64,000 nt of DNA. It comes from Minutocellus sp. GHC0000111. Its lineage: Eukaryota. How positions within the stretch are numbered: position 1 is the stretch's first letter; every line of letters starts with the position of its first letter. Position numbers and translations under genes: made by a program. Below are positions 1 to 12,872 of this stretch, piece by piece. The notes below the pieces were generated by a model that saw only the letters and a list, made by a program, of their open reading frames with translations, had not been told where the DNA came from and did no database searches. The stretch is from assembly GCA_977018835.1 (NCBI GenBank), contig OZ361256.1:1-64000 (forward strand), read 5' to 3'.

Positions 1-750
1 TGGAATTTCTTCTTCACCTTGACCATCGTTGGCATTGCCTCAACAATGGTCCGGTTTGATTCGATACAAGTCTTGGGACCAAGCAACTTCAAGATATTGC
101 CTTGGTTACTATTGATACTTCATCAAGTGGCCTTGTCGAAGTATGGAATGCAGATTTACATTGAGGATGGAGACCGACAGTGTGCAAAGGAGAAGGCAAG
201 CTGGGTATGTGATTTCTTCGCTGCGAACAGAGAAGGAATATTGGGATGTTTAGGATATCTCATTATGTTTTTCATTTCAGAGGATATTGCTCAATATTGC
301 ATATGGGACAAATCATTTGCGAAAATACCCTCGCAACGGGGAAAGAGGATGTCAACATGCTGTGCTCTGTTGTGGGCAGCCCTTTGGATACTCGTATCAG
401 TTCTTGATATTCCAGTCTCTCGTCGATCGACGAATGCCAGCTTTATCGTTTGGACCTTGGCACACAATGTGACCATCCTTTTGCTAATATGGGCAGCTTT
501 TTACCTTGCACGTAGCAGATTAGTGTCCCCGATATTTGATGCCGTGAATCGTAATGGGCTCATTGTGTTCATATTGGCAAACCTCATGACCGGTTTGGTC
601 AATATCACGATCAACACTCTGGAAGTTGCAGATGGTCAGGCATTGGGAGTGATATTTGTGTATCTTTCCGCTGTTGGGTCCGTTGCTTTGGCAGTAGATT
701 GGGCCTTCCGATTGCTCCAATCGGCACGTCGAAAAACAAAGAATGCATAA
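1..750 (+). CDS. PIGW: GPI inositol acyltransferase PIG-W/GWT1, C-terminal part (5' end outside window)
   Basis: Multi-TM ORF with family motifs ANREGILGCLGY, PVSRRSTNASFIVW and VNRNGLIVFILANLMTGLVN. Confidence 0.85.
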   Translation, partial: WNFFFTLTIVGIASTMVRFDSIQVLGPSNFKILPWLLLILHQVALSKYGMQIYIEDGDRQCAKEKASWVCDFFAANREGILGCLGYLIMFFISEDIAQYCIWDKSFAKIPSQRGKRMSTCCALLWAALWILVSVLDIPVSRRSTNASFIVWTLAHNVTILLLIWAAFYLARSRLVSPIFDAVNRNGLIVFILANLMTGLVNITINTLEVADGQALGVIFVYLSAVGSVALAVDWAFRLLQSARRKTKNA

Positions 751-809
751 TTCTAAAAATGCTCTACTTTCTAATGTTATCATAAAAGAAGCTCTGCATC
801 GCAATCTTT

Positions 810-2113
810 CTATACGGGCAATGGTTCTCTCGAGTTGCCAAGACGTGGCAAATAAACAAATGCATCCGTACCAAAGCCCTCCATCGACATGATGCTTATA
901 TCGCCGCCAAAGTACCGTGCATAAGACCTGGAAATAGCAGTCCGTAACCCAGCCCAGCAAGTGGACTGTCTGTGCTGTGGTCCACTTCGCCGCTGAAGGC
1001 CACTAATCCCTCCTGAATGCTCGGGTCGGCTGTTGTGAACAAATAGCTCCAGATTTTCTTGATGACGCTCCGGGGAATTCCACCGCCTTCATCAGCAACT
1101 TTGATTACGACATCCTCGTTTTCTTTTCCATCGGCGATGATCACCTCTACCGGAGGATAGTCGGCATCGATACCATGGGTCTCCACGGTTGCGCGAAGGG
1201 CATTCTTCAGCAACTCCAGCAAAATGTAATGCAAGTGATCTGGAATGTAACTGAAAGTCAGGTCCTTTCGCCCCGATATAATCACATCGGGACTGTCACC
1301 AAACTTTCGATCGCACATGAATTTGGCATCTGCTACAGCATTCGACACAATGTCGTAAGGTGATGTTGCCTTGCAGACCAACCCAATAAAGTTTTCGTTC
1401 GGCGGTTGTCGCAAAGCAATGTACTGACCTGCCAGCACACGGATGCCTATCCTTGACATGTAGAATCTATCGAGGAAATTGTGACATTGATCCATCTCGT
1501 CGAACTTCATTTTGCGCCCGGTTGTGCTCTTAATCTCTCCATTGCGTACCGCCGCCCTCAGTTCAAAGGCACCTTTGGCCATTTGAATTAGAACGTTGGA
1601 ATGTGCCTGATACAGCGAGTCAAGACGTGCGGCGAAAGCGGCTTCCTCCCCTGGACATGTTATCTTGGGCTGTTCAATAAGTTCCAGGAACGAGTTGATA
1701 TAAATATCCCTCACGGCTTGGACGGACGGCATATCCCGCAGCAGAGGGGCTCGGTCCAAATCCTGAATACGGTGAGCCAAACGAATGGGCAATTCCCTTC
1801 TTAAGAAGCCCGCAACTTGCATAAGGATGAGCTCCGTGGCCGCCGTGTCCTGTCGCTGTGCCTCGCTGTAGGTCTTTTGAAGCAGCTCACCCCTCCCAGT
1901 CCTCATCAGAGTTTGGAGCGAGGCCGGAGTTTGGTCCTTCTTTCCATACATTTCCACGAGCTGAGCCACATCGGATGGAAGGTGCGATTCACCAACATCT
2001 GTCATGCTACTCGTCGCTGTTGCCAACCTTCTCCTACACGCCATTGCAACAGCGTTCGACCGAGCAAGTGAATGCATGTGCCGGCCTAGGGCTGGCTGGA
2101 GGAGGCACTTCAT
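810..2113 (-). CDS. PDK: Mitochondrial pyruvate dehydrogenase kinase (BCKDK/PDK family), with a 1-nt frameshift at ~937
   Basis: Motifs [52 protein letters not shown] and PLAGLGYGL. The canonical end ([29 protein letters not shown]...EPLPV*) continues in another frame to TAG at 810-812. The N-terminus is Arg/Ser-rich and transit-peptide-like. Confidence 0.92.
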
Positions 2114-3129
2114 CGTCGGCTTGCTTGTTCGTTGGACTGTTGTGGGCGTGCGTGTGGTTGAAGTCAAAACAATAAGCTGGGGCAATCGGCTGTGCGTGTT
2201 TTTTGAGGAGTTTTGCGAACGAGGCCGCGAAATCGCGGCCTCGTTCGCAACGCAGGCGCGCAAAGCATGGCGAATTCACTCACAAATTTGTCAAAGTAGG
2301 CGCGGATAACTCGAAAAGAAGAGGCCGCAAGAAAAATCTGAAGACACTTTAGGACTTACTTTTTCATGCTGAGTTCAGCCATGTAAGTGGCTTAGTCTGA
2401 ATTCGCAATGCAAAAATCTCACGAAGTGCAAAAGCGATTTTGACACTTCAAAAGCACTCATCCTTGCTCCACATGTGACAGAAGAGAGATATGAGTTGTT
2501 GGCTTTGCATGAATGAATTTATTGGTCGACCTTGGGAGGCCCTCCAACGCCTGGGTCTGTTAGCGGGAAATCGGATGCGCGGCCCTGTTCAGGTAAACCC
2601 TAAAAAAGTGGCAGCCCTAATAGAAATAGGAATCCGCGTAAAAATACAATTTTGTTAGTGAAACCTCACCGAACCTCACCGGAATGCCGCAGCTTATACA
2701 ATTGGTCGCGGTCCAAATTTGGCGGTTTGCACCCGCCCCCGACCAACCTCTCATCAGCTCTCTCATCGTCACTTCTTTCGAGTGCCCTTGCTGTCTATTC
2801 TCTGTATCGCTTGCAATTCTTGTCTACTGCATAGTAAAGATACCTCTTGCAAATATATACTGCAGTAGTACGTGGCGCAGAGAATCTAAGAGGAAACACA
2901 TCTTGTGCGTGTGTCGGACGAATTCTTTGAATTCCGGCGGACGAATCGAATCTCCTGCGACAAAAAACGGTCGTCCACGGATTTGGGGTGCACAGCAACT
3001 TTGGTGCAAAGGAGGGAACGCAAGCCCCACTGATTTCAGTTGGTGAAAATCTCCGAAGAACATCTATCGAATAGAATTATTGGGCGTGGCCAAAAGTATC
3101 CTGTGAATTTATTGAATTAAAAAGGAAAA

Positions 3130-5869
3130 ATGGCCTCGGAAGAGCGGATACCACACGCCGCCGAAGCGGAGGTCGCCGCGTCCGCCAGTCCTACGTCTGC
3201 CGCCGGTGCCGGTGCCGGCGATACCATCGGTGGCACAAAGGCCACGACCAGCGGCGAATCCAAGGATGCCGCAGCTGGCAAAGCATCTTCGACCGCTAGT
3301 AGCGCTAGCGGTAAGACCAAATCGGGTAACGGCAGTAACGGAGGGAACAACAACAACCAGCACCGCCGAAAAGGTAATTACAAACACCATCACCAAAGCC
3401 ACAATCAGCATCAGCGTCAGCACCACAAGGGTGGGCACTACAACAACAATCACCACCGCCAGCAGTATCAGCAGCGCCATCAGAACCGGCCCGGGGCATA
3501 CGTGCCGGTCAATCCTCGCCCCATTTCCCCGCCGCTGTCCATGCAGAACCCCCCGCCTCCCCTCGACCTGGCCGCTCGTCGATCGGGGCTCCTGCAGGCC
3601 CTCACCCCCCAGCTCGAGTACTACTTCAGCGCCGCCAATCTGTCCGGTGACACGTACCTGCGCACCCTCATGGGCCTGAACTCCGGCTACGTCCCCGTCG
3701 CCGCCGTCGCTACCTTTGGCAACGTCCAGCGGATCGTCATGCGTTGGGACGGGGGGATCCCGCCCACGGCCTCCACGTCACCGAATCCCGAGGATCCGCT
3801 GGGCGGACCGCTGGTTCGGTCGGAGAAGGAGGGTGTGGCCGGCTTCGTTGCCGCTGCGGCCCGGACCAGCCAAGTGCTGGATGTGGTGGAGATCGATGCG
3901 GATGGGAAGGTCGTGCGGACGGTTTGTTCGGCGGATGGGAAGACCGAAGATAAGGGTGAGGGTGAGAACAAAAAGTATGAGGAGAAGGATGACCTCCAGG
4001 GAAATGAAGCCAAGGATAAGAAATCCGACTCTGTTGTGGCCGATATCCGTATTGCCATTGGACCTGCAGGTGGAGGTGAAGTATTCAAGTCGACCGCAGT
4101 CGCTGGTGGTAGCGGTGGAACCAAAACTAATGCCGCGAAGGATACTCCAAGCGGGACACCAGCACCAACGGCGACGATGCAGGTGAGATTGAATCGAATT
4201 TGAATGCCTGATGCATCGAGGAGACATTTTTTGCCTATAGTATTGCAATTTTAGTTTCGTTCTTTTGTTTGCATTTCCTGGTCCCCTCTCATTCCATCCC
4301 TTTTGTTCCGAATACTTTCAATCCTCTTTTAGGCCGCTCCGGAACAGACTACCATCATATTACGAGACGCACCAGAGGCAACGACGGAAAAGGATATTCG
4401 GTCGGTATTTACGGCCGCCAACTCGAACGTCGTGAATGTCCACCCCGATGTCGGCAACACGTGGTTCGTTTCTCTAGATGCCAAGACGACGTCCAGGGAT
4501 GATGTCGTCTCTCTTCTCCTTTCCCTCCGAGGAATGAAGCTTCATGGGGAGCCAATCAAGGCCCGTCTCAAGACCGAGTCGCTCGCTTCGCGACGGGGCA
4601 CTGCCAGTGGCGGATACGGCTACGCGGCTTCGGCGCTGCAGTCTCCTGTAACTGGTAGACCAGGACAATGTCAGCAGCATGGTGCAGGCCCCATGGCCTC
4701 CACCGGAGGAAATAGGGCTGCTCAGCCAGGAAGAGGAGGAGGAGGGATGAGACCCCATCATATGGGTCAGAGCCGTTCAGTTCGATCGTCCCCAATGGCT
4801 GGTGGGCGTAATGCAAACTACGGCGGTGGAAAATCTGGTGGTAGAGGCGGTAAAAATATCGTGGCTCTTGGCTCTGGGTCTGGTAACAAAGCACGTCGAG
4901 GTAGCAGAAATGGTGATTTGTTCAAAGCGACTAGCTCTGCAGGCAACATGTCCTCACCGAAGGGAGCAGGTACCACTTCAAAAGCCTCGCCGTCCGCTAT
5001 CCCACCCCCACCACTCGCTGGCCTCCATTTTCCAGCCCTTGGTGGTGACAATGGTGGGAATGACAAGACAACCGCGAGCCAGTTACAGCACCGGCCCAAG
5101 GGCGCCGCTCCGAAAGACTCTCATGACACTGACGACAACAAAAAGGCATTTTTTGCCGAAAAGCTGAACAAGGATGAAAAGGCGCCGGCGACGAAGCAAC
5201 CTGCGGGTGGTTATGCCGCAGCTCTGCGAAGGGCCGCTCCAGCCAAAGCAGTCGGTGCCGAGGAAAAGGTGAGATTCATTCGATTTTGTGGCGTAGTAGC
5301 TGGTGGCTCTGGTGGGAAATCTTTTTTGTTATGAAGACAATCTTTTCGTGCTCGACAGGTCTCGAAGGCTCATAGTCACTTGACATTCATGGGTGCCGTA
5401 TGATATTCGTACTGTCTGAACAAAATTGCTTTTCCATGCGGTAGTGGAATATTGAAGGTTTTGCATGGCCTCGAAATGTTCATTTACTAGTATTCTCACT
5501 TCAATTTATTGTATTGTTTCTTCGCACCGAAATCTCCCTTTTTTGCGGAGACTTGCCACAACAAGTACTGCCGTGGGACCTGATGGAAAGGAGCTGAAGC
5601 TACCACCATCGACCGGAGGGCAGGGTCCCTCGTCCAGAGTATCAACGTCAACGACGCTCACGGATGACTCGAGCGCGGATGACAAATCCAGTGTTTCGTC
5701 GAAGCCAGAATCCATCGAAAGCCACCCGGCCGTTACTCCCGTGGCACCGTCCTGGGGAGGAGGAAATACCTTTGCTGATATTTTGAAGAAGAAGCAACAA
5801 GCCGCCGCCGCTGCAGCTGCATCTACCACAGCTGAAGAAAAGAATGACGACAAACCTACCGAAGAATAG
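3130..5869 (+). CDS. La-related RNA-binding protein (LARP4-like: La motif + RRM-like), spliced
   Basis: La motif QLEYYFSAANLSGDTYLRTLM...GYVPV. Intron 4183-4332 (GT..AG, phase 0) joins to TIILRDAPE...DVGNTWFV...GEPIKARLKTE. The second donor is at 5269; the last exon is ~5551-5869, with acceptor phase uncertain. Confidence 0.8.
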
Positions 5870-5975
5870 GCTTGCGATTTATCATGCAGAAAGCATGTTG
5901 TCGTCTAGCTGGCGAGTCAAGTCGAGTCTATTAGATTAGCAAGAATTTTCCTGACCTCATTACATAATTCATCTA

Positions 5976-6698
5976 TTATTTATCATGCATTCTCGTTGTG
6001 AGGCACTTTATTGCCTTGTCCATTGCTTCTTTTGCCTCAATGATGGCCTTTCGCGCTTGCTCTGGTGAAGCGCTATCACCAGTTGCACCCTCTTCTCCCT
6101 TGGCAAACGTGTTGATTGAATCGAGGTCAGACATTCCTGCCGTGTAGCTTGCAGCGGAAGCCTTGGCCATCTCTTGCGTGAAAATCTCTACTTGAGCATA
6201 ATATTCATCCAACGAATCCGGATCCACTCTGTCTGCCACAGCTCTCTTGAGAAATCTCTTGTCGGCGTTAACCAATGGTCCCTTGCCCGTCGCACCGAGA
6301 TATTCCCGAACAATCCGAGGATTCTTTCGGCAGCTCACGACGCTTGCGCTCTTGTCAAACAAGAAACTCGTTTTGGCTTTTTCCAGTAACAGCTCTTTAT
6401 TTTTGGCTTCCAATAGGTCACGGGGTACATCGGCATAGGTGCAATCGATCGTTGCCCTCTCCCAGTTATTGAGTAGAGATGACAATGCGTCTGATCCGTC
6501 GATCAACGTCTGTATCTCGTCGTCAGCTGAGATTCCTGAAGTTTTGGCAGCTGTTGCATCTTGTCCCAGTGAAAAAGTAGCAGGAACAACGGCGACCAAT
6601 CCCTTGATGAAATCCGCCCGGCGCAGCGATGATGTGAATGATTCGACGAACACGACAGGAGCAACTGGAGCAAGCAGCAAAGCAGGACGCCGACGCAT
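5976..6698 (-). CDS. Putative plastid/thylakoid-lumen protein of unknown function (240 aa)
   Basis: Signal-peptide-like start ending VES-F, then a twin-arginine RRADF, a hydrophobic stretch and an AxA-like site (Tat-like). Intact ORF. Confidence 0.6.
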   Translation of the reverse strand: MRRRPALLLAPVAPVVFVESFTSSLRRADFIKGLVAVVPATFSLGQDATAAKTSGISADDEIQTLIDGSDALSSLLNNWERATIDCTYADVPRDLLEAKNKELLLEKAKTSFLFDKSASVVSCRKNPRIVREYLGATGKGPLVNADKRFLKRAVADRVDPDSLDEYYAQVEIFTQEMAKASAASYTAGMSDLDSINTFAKGEEGATGDSASPEQARKAIIEAKEAMDKAIKCLTTRMHDK

Positions 6699-7036
6699 TG
6701 TGACAATATCGTAGTGTCTACTTCGCTTCCTTGTTCAGTCACAATCAATGGTCGATCATTCAGCAGCCAGCCAGCATCATGCTGAGTCAGTATCCGGGTT
6801 TCTTTGGAAAAAGTGGTAGGGAGGGGAAAATTTCCCGGGGGGAAACCCCTGATCGGTTTAAGACATGTACGTAATCTAGACGTCTAACTGGCTAGAGTAT
6901 ACTAGTATATAACAGGGCATCTATTAGATCTATGTCGTATTTACAATGTGCCTGTGTCTCGAGGAGAGGTCTGCATTTTCAATGAGCGCTTCATCCCCCC
7001 AAAAGGTCTGATGGTCATCTCGTCAGGTCGTTCAGT

Positions 7037-7770
7037 CTATCGAGGCTGAGCAGGTGATGCGGCCGAAGCAACCATGCCTGTGCCATTGGCTGCTGCTGCA
7101 TCATTCTGCTTTGGGAAATATTGGTGGCCCTTTCGCATCTTGGAGTTCAAGGATGGCGTAAAGATGAGAAAGAGATCCACGCACAAACAGAATCAAATCA
7201 AACCACATTTTGTACTACGTGTAGCTTTTCGATCGCCGCGTGCCATACTGCATATAATGCAGGGCCATCTTGCCAAAAAGGCATTGGGGAAGAAACATTC
7301 TCCGTCCATCTTCCCATCGATCAAATCCCATGAACGATGAAAATTTGGTGATCCGATCGTATCCCGTCGGTGGACACTGTCAGAATGGCTGCTAAACAAA
7401 TCGACCGTGTCCAGCCGGCAGCTTCAACCCCAGCAATGAGGACCCTCTTCCGCCTTGTTGCCCTCCGTCGGAACCCGACCCCAAACCACGATAATACCAA
7501 AAAGTCAACACTCACCAGCTCCTTCGCCAGCCGGTAGTTCTTGGCCGTGAGGGCCTGCTCCTCCGGCGACGGTTTCCGCCGCTGCATCGGTCCGTTCCCA
7601 ACGGGGGCACCGTCGGGATGCCCTCCGCCGTTGGGGTGCTGCAGATGCTGCTGTTGGTTGGCCGGTCCTCCGCCGCCCGGGCCCTGCGGCTGCTGCGGCT
7701 GCGCCGGGCCGTCTCCTCCCTGCTGCTTCCGCCGGTTCCGCCCTCGGGCGAGTCCTTGGGCCTTCCTCAT
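7037..7770 (-). CDS. Short Q/G/P-rich protein or truncated gene (exon 7770-7516, possible exon 7105-7037)
   Basis: Coding-like GC-rich exon ending ...EEQALTAKNYRLAKEL at a GTGAGT donor (7515). The putative acceptor at 7106 gives only 22 more codons. Confidence 0.4.
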
Positions 7771-8221
7771 GTTGGGGTGGGGAGAGGCAACGGGATTTGA
7801 TGAGTGTTTCTTCCTCTTGCGTTTGGTCGTTTTTGAATAAAATTAGGGGGTAAACCAGATTGCAAGATTCTCGACTAAAAAGGAGAAAGGAGAAGAAAAA
7901 ATGGCGGCAGGCGAGGAGGCCGTCTCCTCATCACTCTTCCATCGTCGTCATTGAATGCAATTCATTTTATCAAGTTGCCGTGATAAAAGTATGAAATGTG
8001 TGCACTGTTATACGAGTTAGGAATTCCTATGAATATAAATAAACAAATATCGCACAGGGATGGTGCAGGTTGCACGCGCATTATTCGCTAGCAGGTAGAG
8101 GGATCTACTCTACTGTCACCGGCGGTAAAATGGATTGTTGATAATGAAAATGCGTATGTGATGGTGCTCAAGACCGATCTCCCTTGGCCTACATGTGCAT
8201 GTATATAACAAATAAATCGAA

Positions 8222-9778
8222 TCAGAACTCCGCAAGAGTCCCAACGTTATGCGCATTGCCACCGACGTAATTCCTCCTCGATCCAGGCAGCACTGCATCG
8301 GGGTACTGTCGCTGATTTGTTGGCGGCAATGAGTGTAGGGAGGGGAGCTTCTGCGAAGTCTGCTGATTGCTCCTGCCCCTTGTTGTGGTGTAGCTCTTGG
8401 TCGATTTGACACGAGATTTTGCCGACGCCTTCATTGGCATCACCACGTTCTCGTTAGTGTTCAATGCCATCGTGCTACCAAAGGAAGTGGGGAAGGCCCC
8501 ACTCTGCTTCTGCTTGCCTTGCGTCTTTGGTCTGCTGCGCCCCTTCATGGGAGGTAGTTTCGATACATGCACTCCAGCATTTGCATTCTCCTTTCTGTTA
8601 CTGTCGCAAAAAGCCGACTGAGGGGGGGCTCTTGTAGCAACCTGGGTATCGGCCTCAACTTCCTGGGCAATGGTGGGAATCTGGAAGCCCTTGGTCGAGC
8701 TGACCTTACTTTTGCTCTTGCTACTAGAGCTAGTGGTACCATTCTTATTCCGAGACACACGGCGTGAACCAGAAACATCGCCGGCACCAAAGGTATGATG
8801 AGCGCGAGCCTCTCGTTTCTGGTGAATCGGTGGCATACTGCCAGCATTTGTCGTACTTGCCGATACTGGACGAGGAATACCGCTGGGGGTAGCGCCGACG
8901 CTGCTGTCCCTCTGTGCACTGCTAATGTTGCGAGAGGGGATATTGAGTGCAAGAGGAGGCCTTGAGGATGCTGCTGATGACGAAGAGGACGATGAAGTGA
9001 CGGTGTGAAGCGACTTAGCAGATGAAGATCTGGGAGCTGCGGCGGGGGATTGGAATTTGCTCGTAATGGTGCTCTGACCGATGGACCCACCGAAGCTGCT
9101 GACATCGTCACCACCACCCTCAAGAGAGTTGAGTGTGTCAAGCAGATCTCGCATGGTGGACCTGGATACTGGCGTACCATTGGTTCCAATAGTGGACAAT
9201 GTTACTTGAGAAGGTGCCGGCGAAGCTGCTCCCACCCCACCACCAAAGATGATTTCTCCAATCTGCGATGGAGTCGATGGTGTCGACGCCTTGCCGCTGC
9301 TACTACCGCTACTACTTCTTGTTGTGGACGCAGTTGCAGTTGCGCTCGCGCTGTATCTACTTCTGTTGCTTGTGGCGGCAGTGCTTCCTGGTGTGCAGGG
9401 TGGTAGATTGAGCGTATCGACTGCGTGCAGACGTCTTCGTAGTGGTCCGGAATTCTCTCCATGCTTCGGCGAGGGCAAAATCATTGGCAAATGTGCCATC
9501 GTCGAGGATGTCATGCCGCTCGTACTTCCAGTTACATTGCTGCTGCTCTTGTTGTTGCTGCTACTTCCTCCGCCAAACATGCGCTCAAATTCGCTAACGA
9601 TGGAATCATCCCCGTCTCCTCCTCCACCACCGCTGCCCGCTCGGAAGACGCTGTCGTGACCATCAAAGTTGAAGGAACCGAACGAACACATGCCAATCGA
9701 CGGGAGGCTGCCCGTCGAGTTGTTGCGTTTATGCCGAGGGGGCGGGAAGGCAGATGATGAATTCGTTGGTGTTGCCAT
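8222..9778 (-). CDS. Ser/Thr-rich low-complexity hypothetical protein (518 aa)
   Basis: Long intact ORF with coding-like composition and no recognised domain. Confidence 0.7.
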   Translation of the reverse strand: MATPTNSSSAFPPPRHKRNNSTGSLPSIGMCSFGSFNFDGHDSVFRAGSGGGGGDGDDSIVSEFERMFGGGSSSNNKSSSNVTGSTSGMTSSTMAHLPMILPSPKHGENSGPLRRRLHAVDTLNLPPCTPGSTAATSNRSRYSASATATASTTRSSSGSSSGKASTPSTPSQIGEIIFGGGVGAASPAPSQVTLSTIGTNGTPVSRSTMRDLLDTLNSLEGGGDDVSSFGGSIGQSTITSKFQSPAAAPRSSSAKSLHTVTSSSSSSSAASSRPPLALNIPSRNISSAQRDSSVGATPSGIPRPVSASTTNAGSMPPIHQKREARAHHTFGAGDVSGSRRVSRNKNGTTSSSSKSKSKVSSTKGFQIPTIAQEVEADTQVATRAPPQSAFCDSNRKENANAGVHVSKLPPMKGRSRPKTQGKQKQSGAFPTSFGSTMALNTNENVVMPMKASAKSRVKSTKSYTTTRGRSNQQTSQKLPSLHSLPPTNQRQYPDAVLPGSRRNYVGGNAHNVGTLAEF

Positions 9779-10275
9779 GGCTGAAAATATACAGGCTCAG
9801 GAATTAGTGCGGGGATTCACGCGCCGTTCCTGTCTCAGCCGGAAGAGACGATACGCCAGACGAACTGTGGTCGTCGTCGGCGTGGTCATCGTCGAAAAGG
9901 CAACGGCATTTGGACACATGTGCCACTAATCGTCATGTTTACGTCATTATATTTTTGATCGATCGATCGAAATGAAATCACCTGCAATTCATCGAAATCT
10001 GTCTGATGCGCAAACAAAGCAGCAGGTACATCGCTGGCTATTCCAATGTACATGTAGGTAGGGATAGATGAGACTCTGACGAAGCATGGCCGGTGTACCA
10101 GAGAAAGAGGTTCCGGTGATCTACAGGTACTGTGCATTTGATTCATTTCGGCAAACAAATCAATCAAATAAAGAGTAAATCTATTTTCTCTAGATCTACG
10201 AGTAGATCTACCTTTATCTCGACGAAAATAGGAATCCTACATACACATTCATATACTCGCTACCAAACTCTGAAT

Positions 10276-12482
10276 CTACGCACACAAATAACAGTCGCTG
10301 CCCGAGGACAACTTCGCAAAAGTCTTGGCAACGATTCCCGTCGTTGGGCATGCTTCGTATCGTCGAATGCCACAGTCGTCGCGTACCTCGACATCGTCGC
10401 GGACATTGTCGGTTTCCCCGGCGTCATCGCTGGTCATTGGCGCTGACTTATCCTCAACCTTATACTTCATATTGGCAAACATTGGTTTCTTGTACGAACG
10501 GCAAATAGTGCAAGTAGGTGCTTCGCAGTATTGATGAATCGCAATTGTTTGCGTGCCTCCGTCAAAGGAAGCAGTGTTGACCCTCATTAACTTGTCTTGT
10601 GCAATGGATTCGTCGTCCGATGAATCCTGAGCTCCGCATGCGGCGGGAGTATCGCCATGACATGACGCCAAGGATTCAGCAAATGACTGGCCCATTGTGC
10701 TGTCCCTCTGCTCGATTTCCCCACCGCCGCGATCAGCGGCATCGAAGGAACGGACGTCGTTGTCTAGACTAGCATCAGCATCACTGTCGCTATCTGCCAG
10801 GGCTCGCTTCTTCAGTCGAAATCTAACTCTTCTTCGCAGGGCAGCTCCAACGAGGACAACGCCAATGGCAGCAACTACCAACAACCCAATGCCAACAGCA
10901 GAGAGTCCACTGCCTTCCTCTGGGATGTTGCCCAGAGGTGCACTTCCAATTCTGGCAGATGCAGGGATATTGTCCGGTGTACCATGACCAAGTCCATCGC
11001 CTTCTACCGAGATCCCTCCTAGGAAAGAAATCTTGGAAATTCCATCGGTAGCTTCGACGAGACCGTCGGCCATGCCCACGCGCAGTGCCTTTAGAGCATC
11101 CTGCGTTGCGGTCAGACCGCTAATCTCGGCCGTTTCGCGCATGTAAATGGTGACGTAGCCATCCAGCATGGAGCAGGTCTGATCGTTCTCGTCGACGCCA
11201 CATCCGGCCTCTGGTTGACTCGGTAGATCAATTTGCACACCATCAATCCACGTGGCGCCATTGTTCACCACATACGACGAGGCACCGGGACAGTTGATCA
11301 TGCTCTGCTCAGCATATATCTGCAAATTATCCTCAAGACCGACGAGTAGGTGGGACAGGTCCGACTCGCCGTCGTACAGGACCATATACTTGAAGGCGAT
11401 AGTAATCTGTTCGCCTTTCGTGTAGATTTCTCCACGCCGAATAGAGGCGCATCCTGGACTGAATTGATATTTTGGAGAATTATTACTGCCAATGCTTTGG
11501 ATCTCGTCACCGGAATTGGATTTTTTGGTATGAAGGTGTTCCTTGCTCTTCGAGGATTGCATCGGCTCATCGGAAGAGGCGGAATGGCTGCTATGAAGCA
11601 GATCAACGATCCGATCCTCTCTGACGACATCTGGCTGGGCTTCAGTGCTAGTAGTGGTCACCAAAATAGTGGGTGATGCCGTTGGGCTTCCGGAGGTACT
11701 GACGCTGGTGGTAGATGCAGAGGAACTCGAACTGCTTGTGACCGTCGGCGATGCCGTCGGTTCCGGACTCGTAGGTTCCTGTGTCGGAAGGCCGGTAGGA
11801 CTGGCTGTGGATGGCGCAGCTGTCGGTCCAGCAGACGGCTCCTTGGTAGTGGGAGAAAGGGATGGCACGTCGGTGGGACTGGCTGTGGAGGGCTCGGGAG
11901 TCGGACTCGATGTAGGAGGATCCGAAACCGGAGAAGCACTTGGACTGGCCGTCGGTTCCTCAGTGGTAGGAGACAGGGATGGCGACAATGTAGGCATACC
12001 TGTAGGCGACAATGTGGCTGCAGCCGGCAAGGAGGAAGGATCGCAGCATTCCATTCCGTCGTATCCAATGCCAAGATCGTAGCAGGTCTGGGTGCAGTAC
12101 TTGTGCTCCTGCCAGTTGTTTGTGGGATCATTGCCACATTTTTCCTGCAGATAAACGTCGGGGCAGGTCTTTCCCGTCATGGTTATGTACGGGGAAGGTT
12201 CGTCGTCACAAACGGTGCATGAGGGAGTACTAGTAGTGGAAGTGGCGTCGATGGCATGGCGGCTTCAGCATTGTCTTCGGTGGCATCGGCGGCAGTGGCT
12301 TCCTCCTCCTCCTCCTCCTCCTCCTCCTCTACGGGTTCTTCTTCTGTGATTTTCACCATCTCCACCTCGGTCGAGTTGCCATCGTTTCTGATGGCAGCCC
12401 CATCGTGGCTTGGTTCCTCGATCTCTACCTCCTCATCTTCATCCTTGGACTTCATTCCGCGGCGCATGTTCTTCTTGTTCAT
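10276..12482 (-). CDS. Single-pass cell-surface protein: acidic stretch, Cys-rich module, PT/PS repeats, TM helix (frameshift ~12260; 5' exon unresolved)
   Basis: CTVCDDEPSPYITMTGKTC...C...W...YCTQTCYDLGIGYDGMECC module, (PTxSP)n repeats, TM GIGLLVVAAIGVVLVGAAL-RRR. The acidic upstream ORF 12183-12482 is preceded by an AG acceptor. Confidence 0.65.
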
Positions 12483-12872
12483 CTAAGTAATATTATGTGC
12501 TTGGTTGGTTGGCTGATCGTCGTCTTGTTTATTATGTATGTGCTCGAGAGCTGCTTTACAAACAAGATGCGGAATCCCTATCGCTATGTGGTGCCCGCCA
12601 GTTCCAAGATGAAGCCCGACGGAAAGGGGGAAGCAACCAACCAAATCAAATGAAAGCCGGTTGGGGTCGTCCAACCGCCTCATCGTATCAGGGAATGGAT
12701 GAGTGCAGATTTGGCGGGCAGGCTCGTTTAAGCGATTTGACTTGTTCGACTGTGTTGAGCAGTCATTTGCTTGTTTCATCATTTTGCTCCTCGCGCCTGT
12801 CGGTATCCTCTCGAGCGGTGGTCACTGTGCATACAATTGACAGGAAACGACTCGACTCGACTCTCCGCCATC

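Noticed and set aside
2595..2603. AAACCCTAA telobox-like motif upstream of the LARP gene
   Set aside because: Single 9-mer with no array; could be chance.
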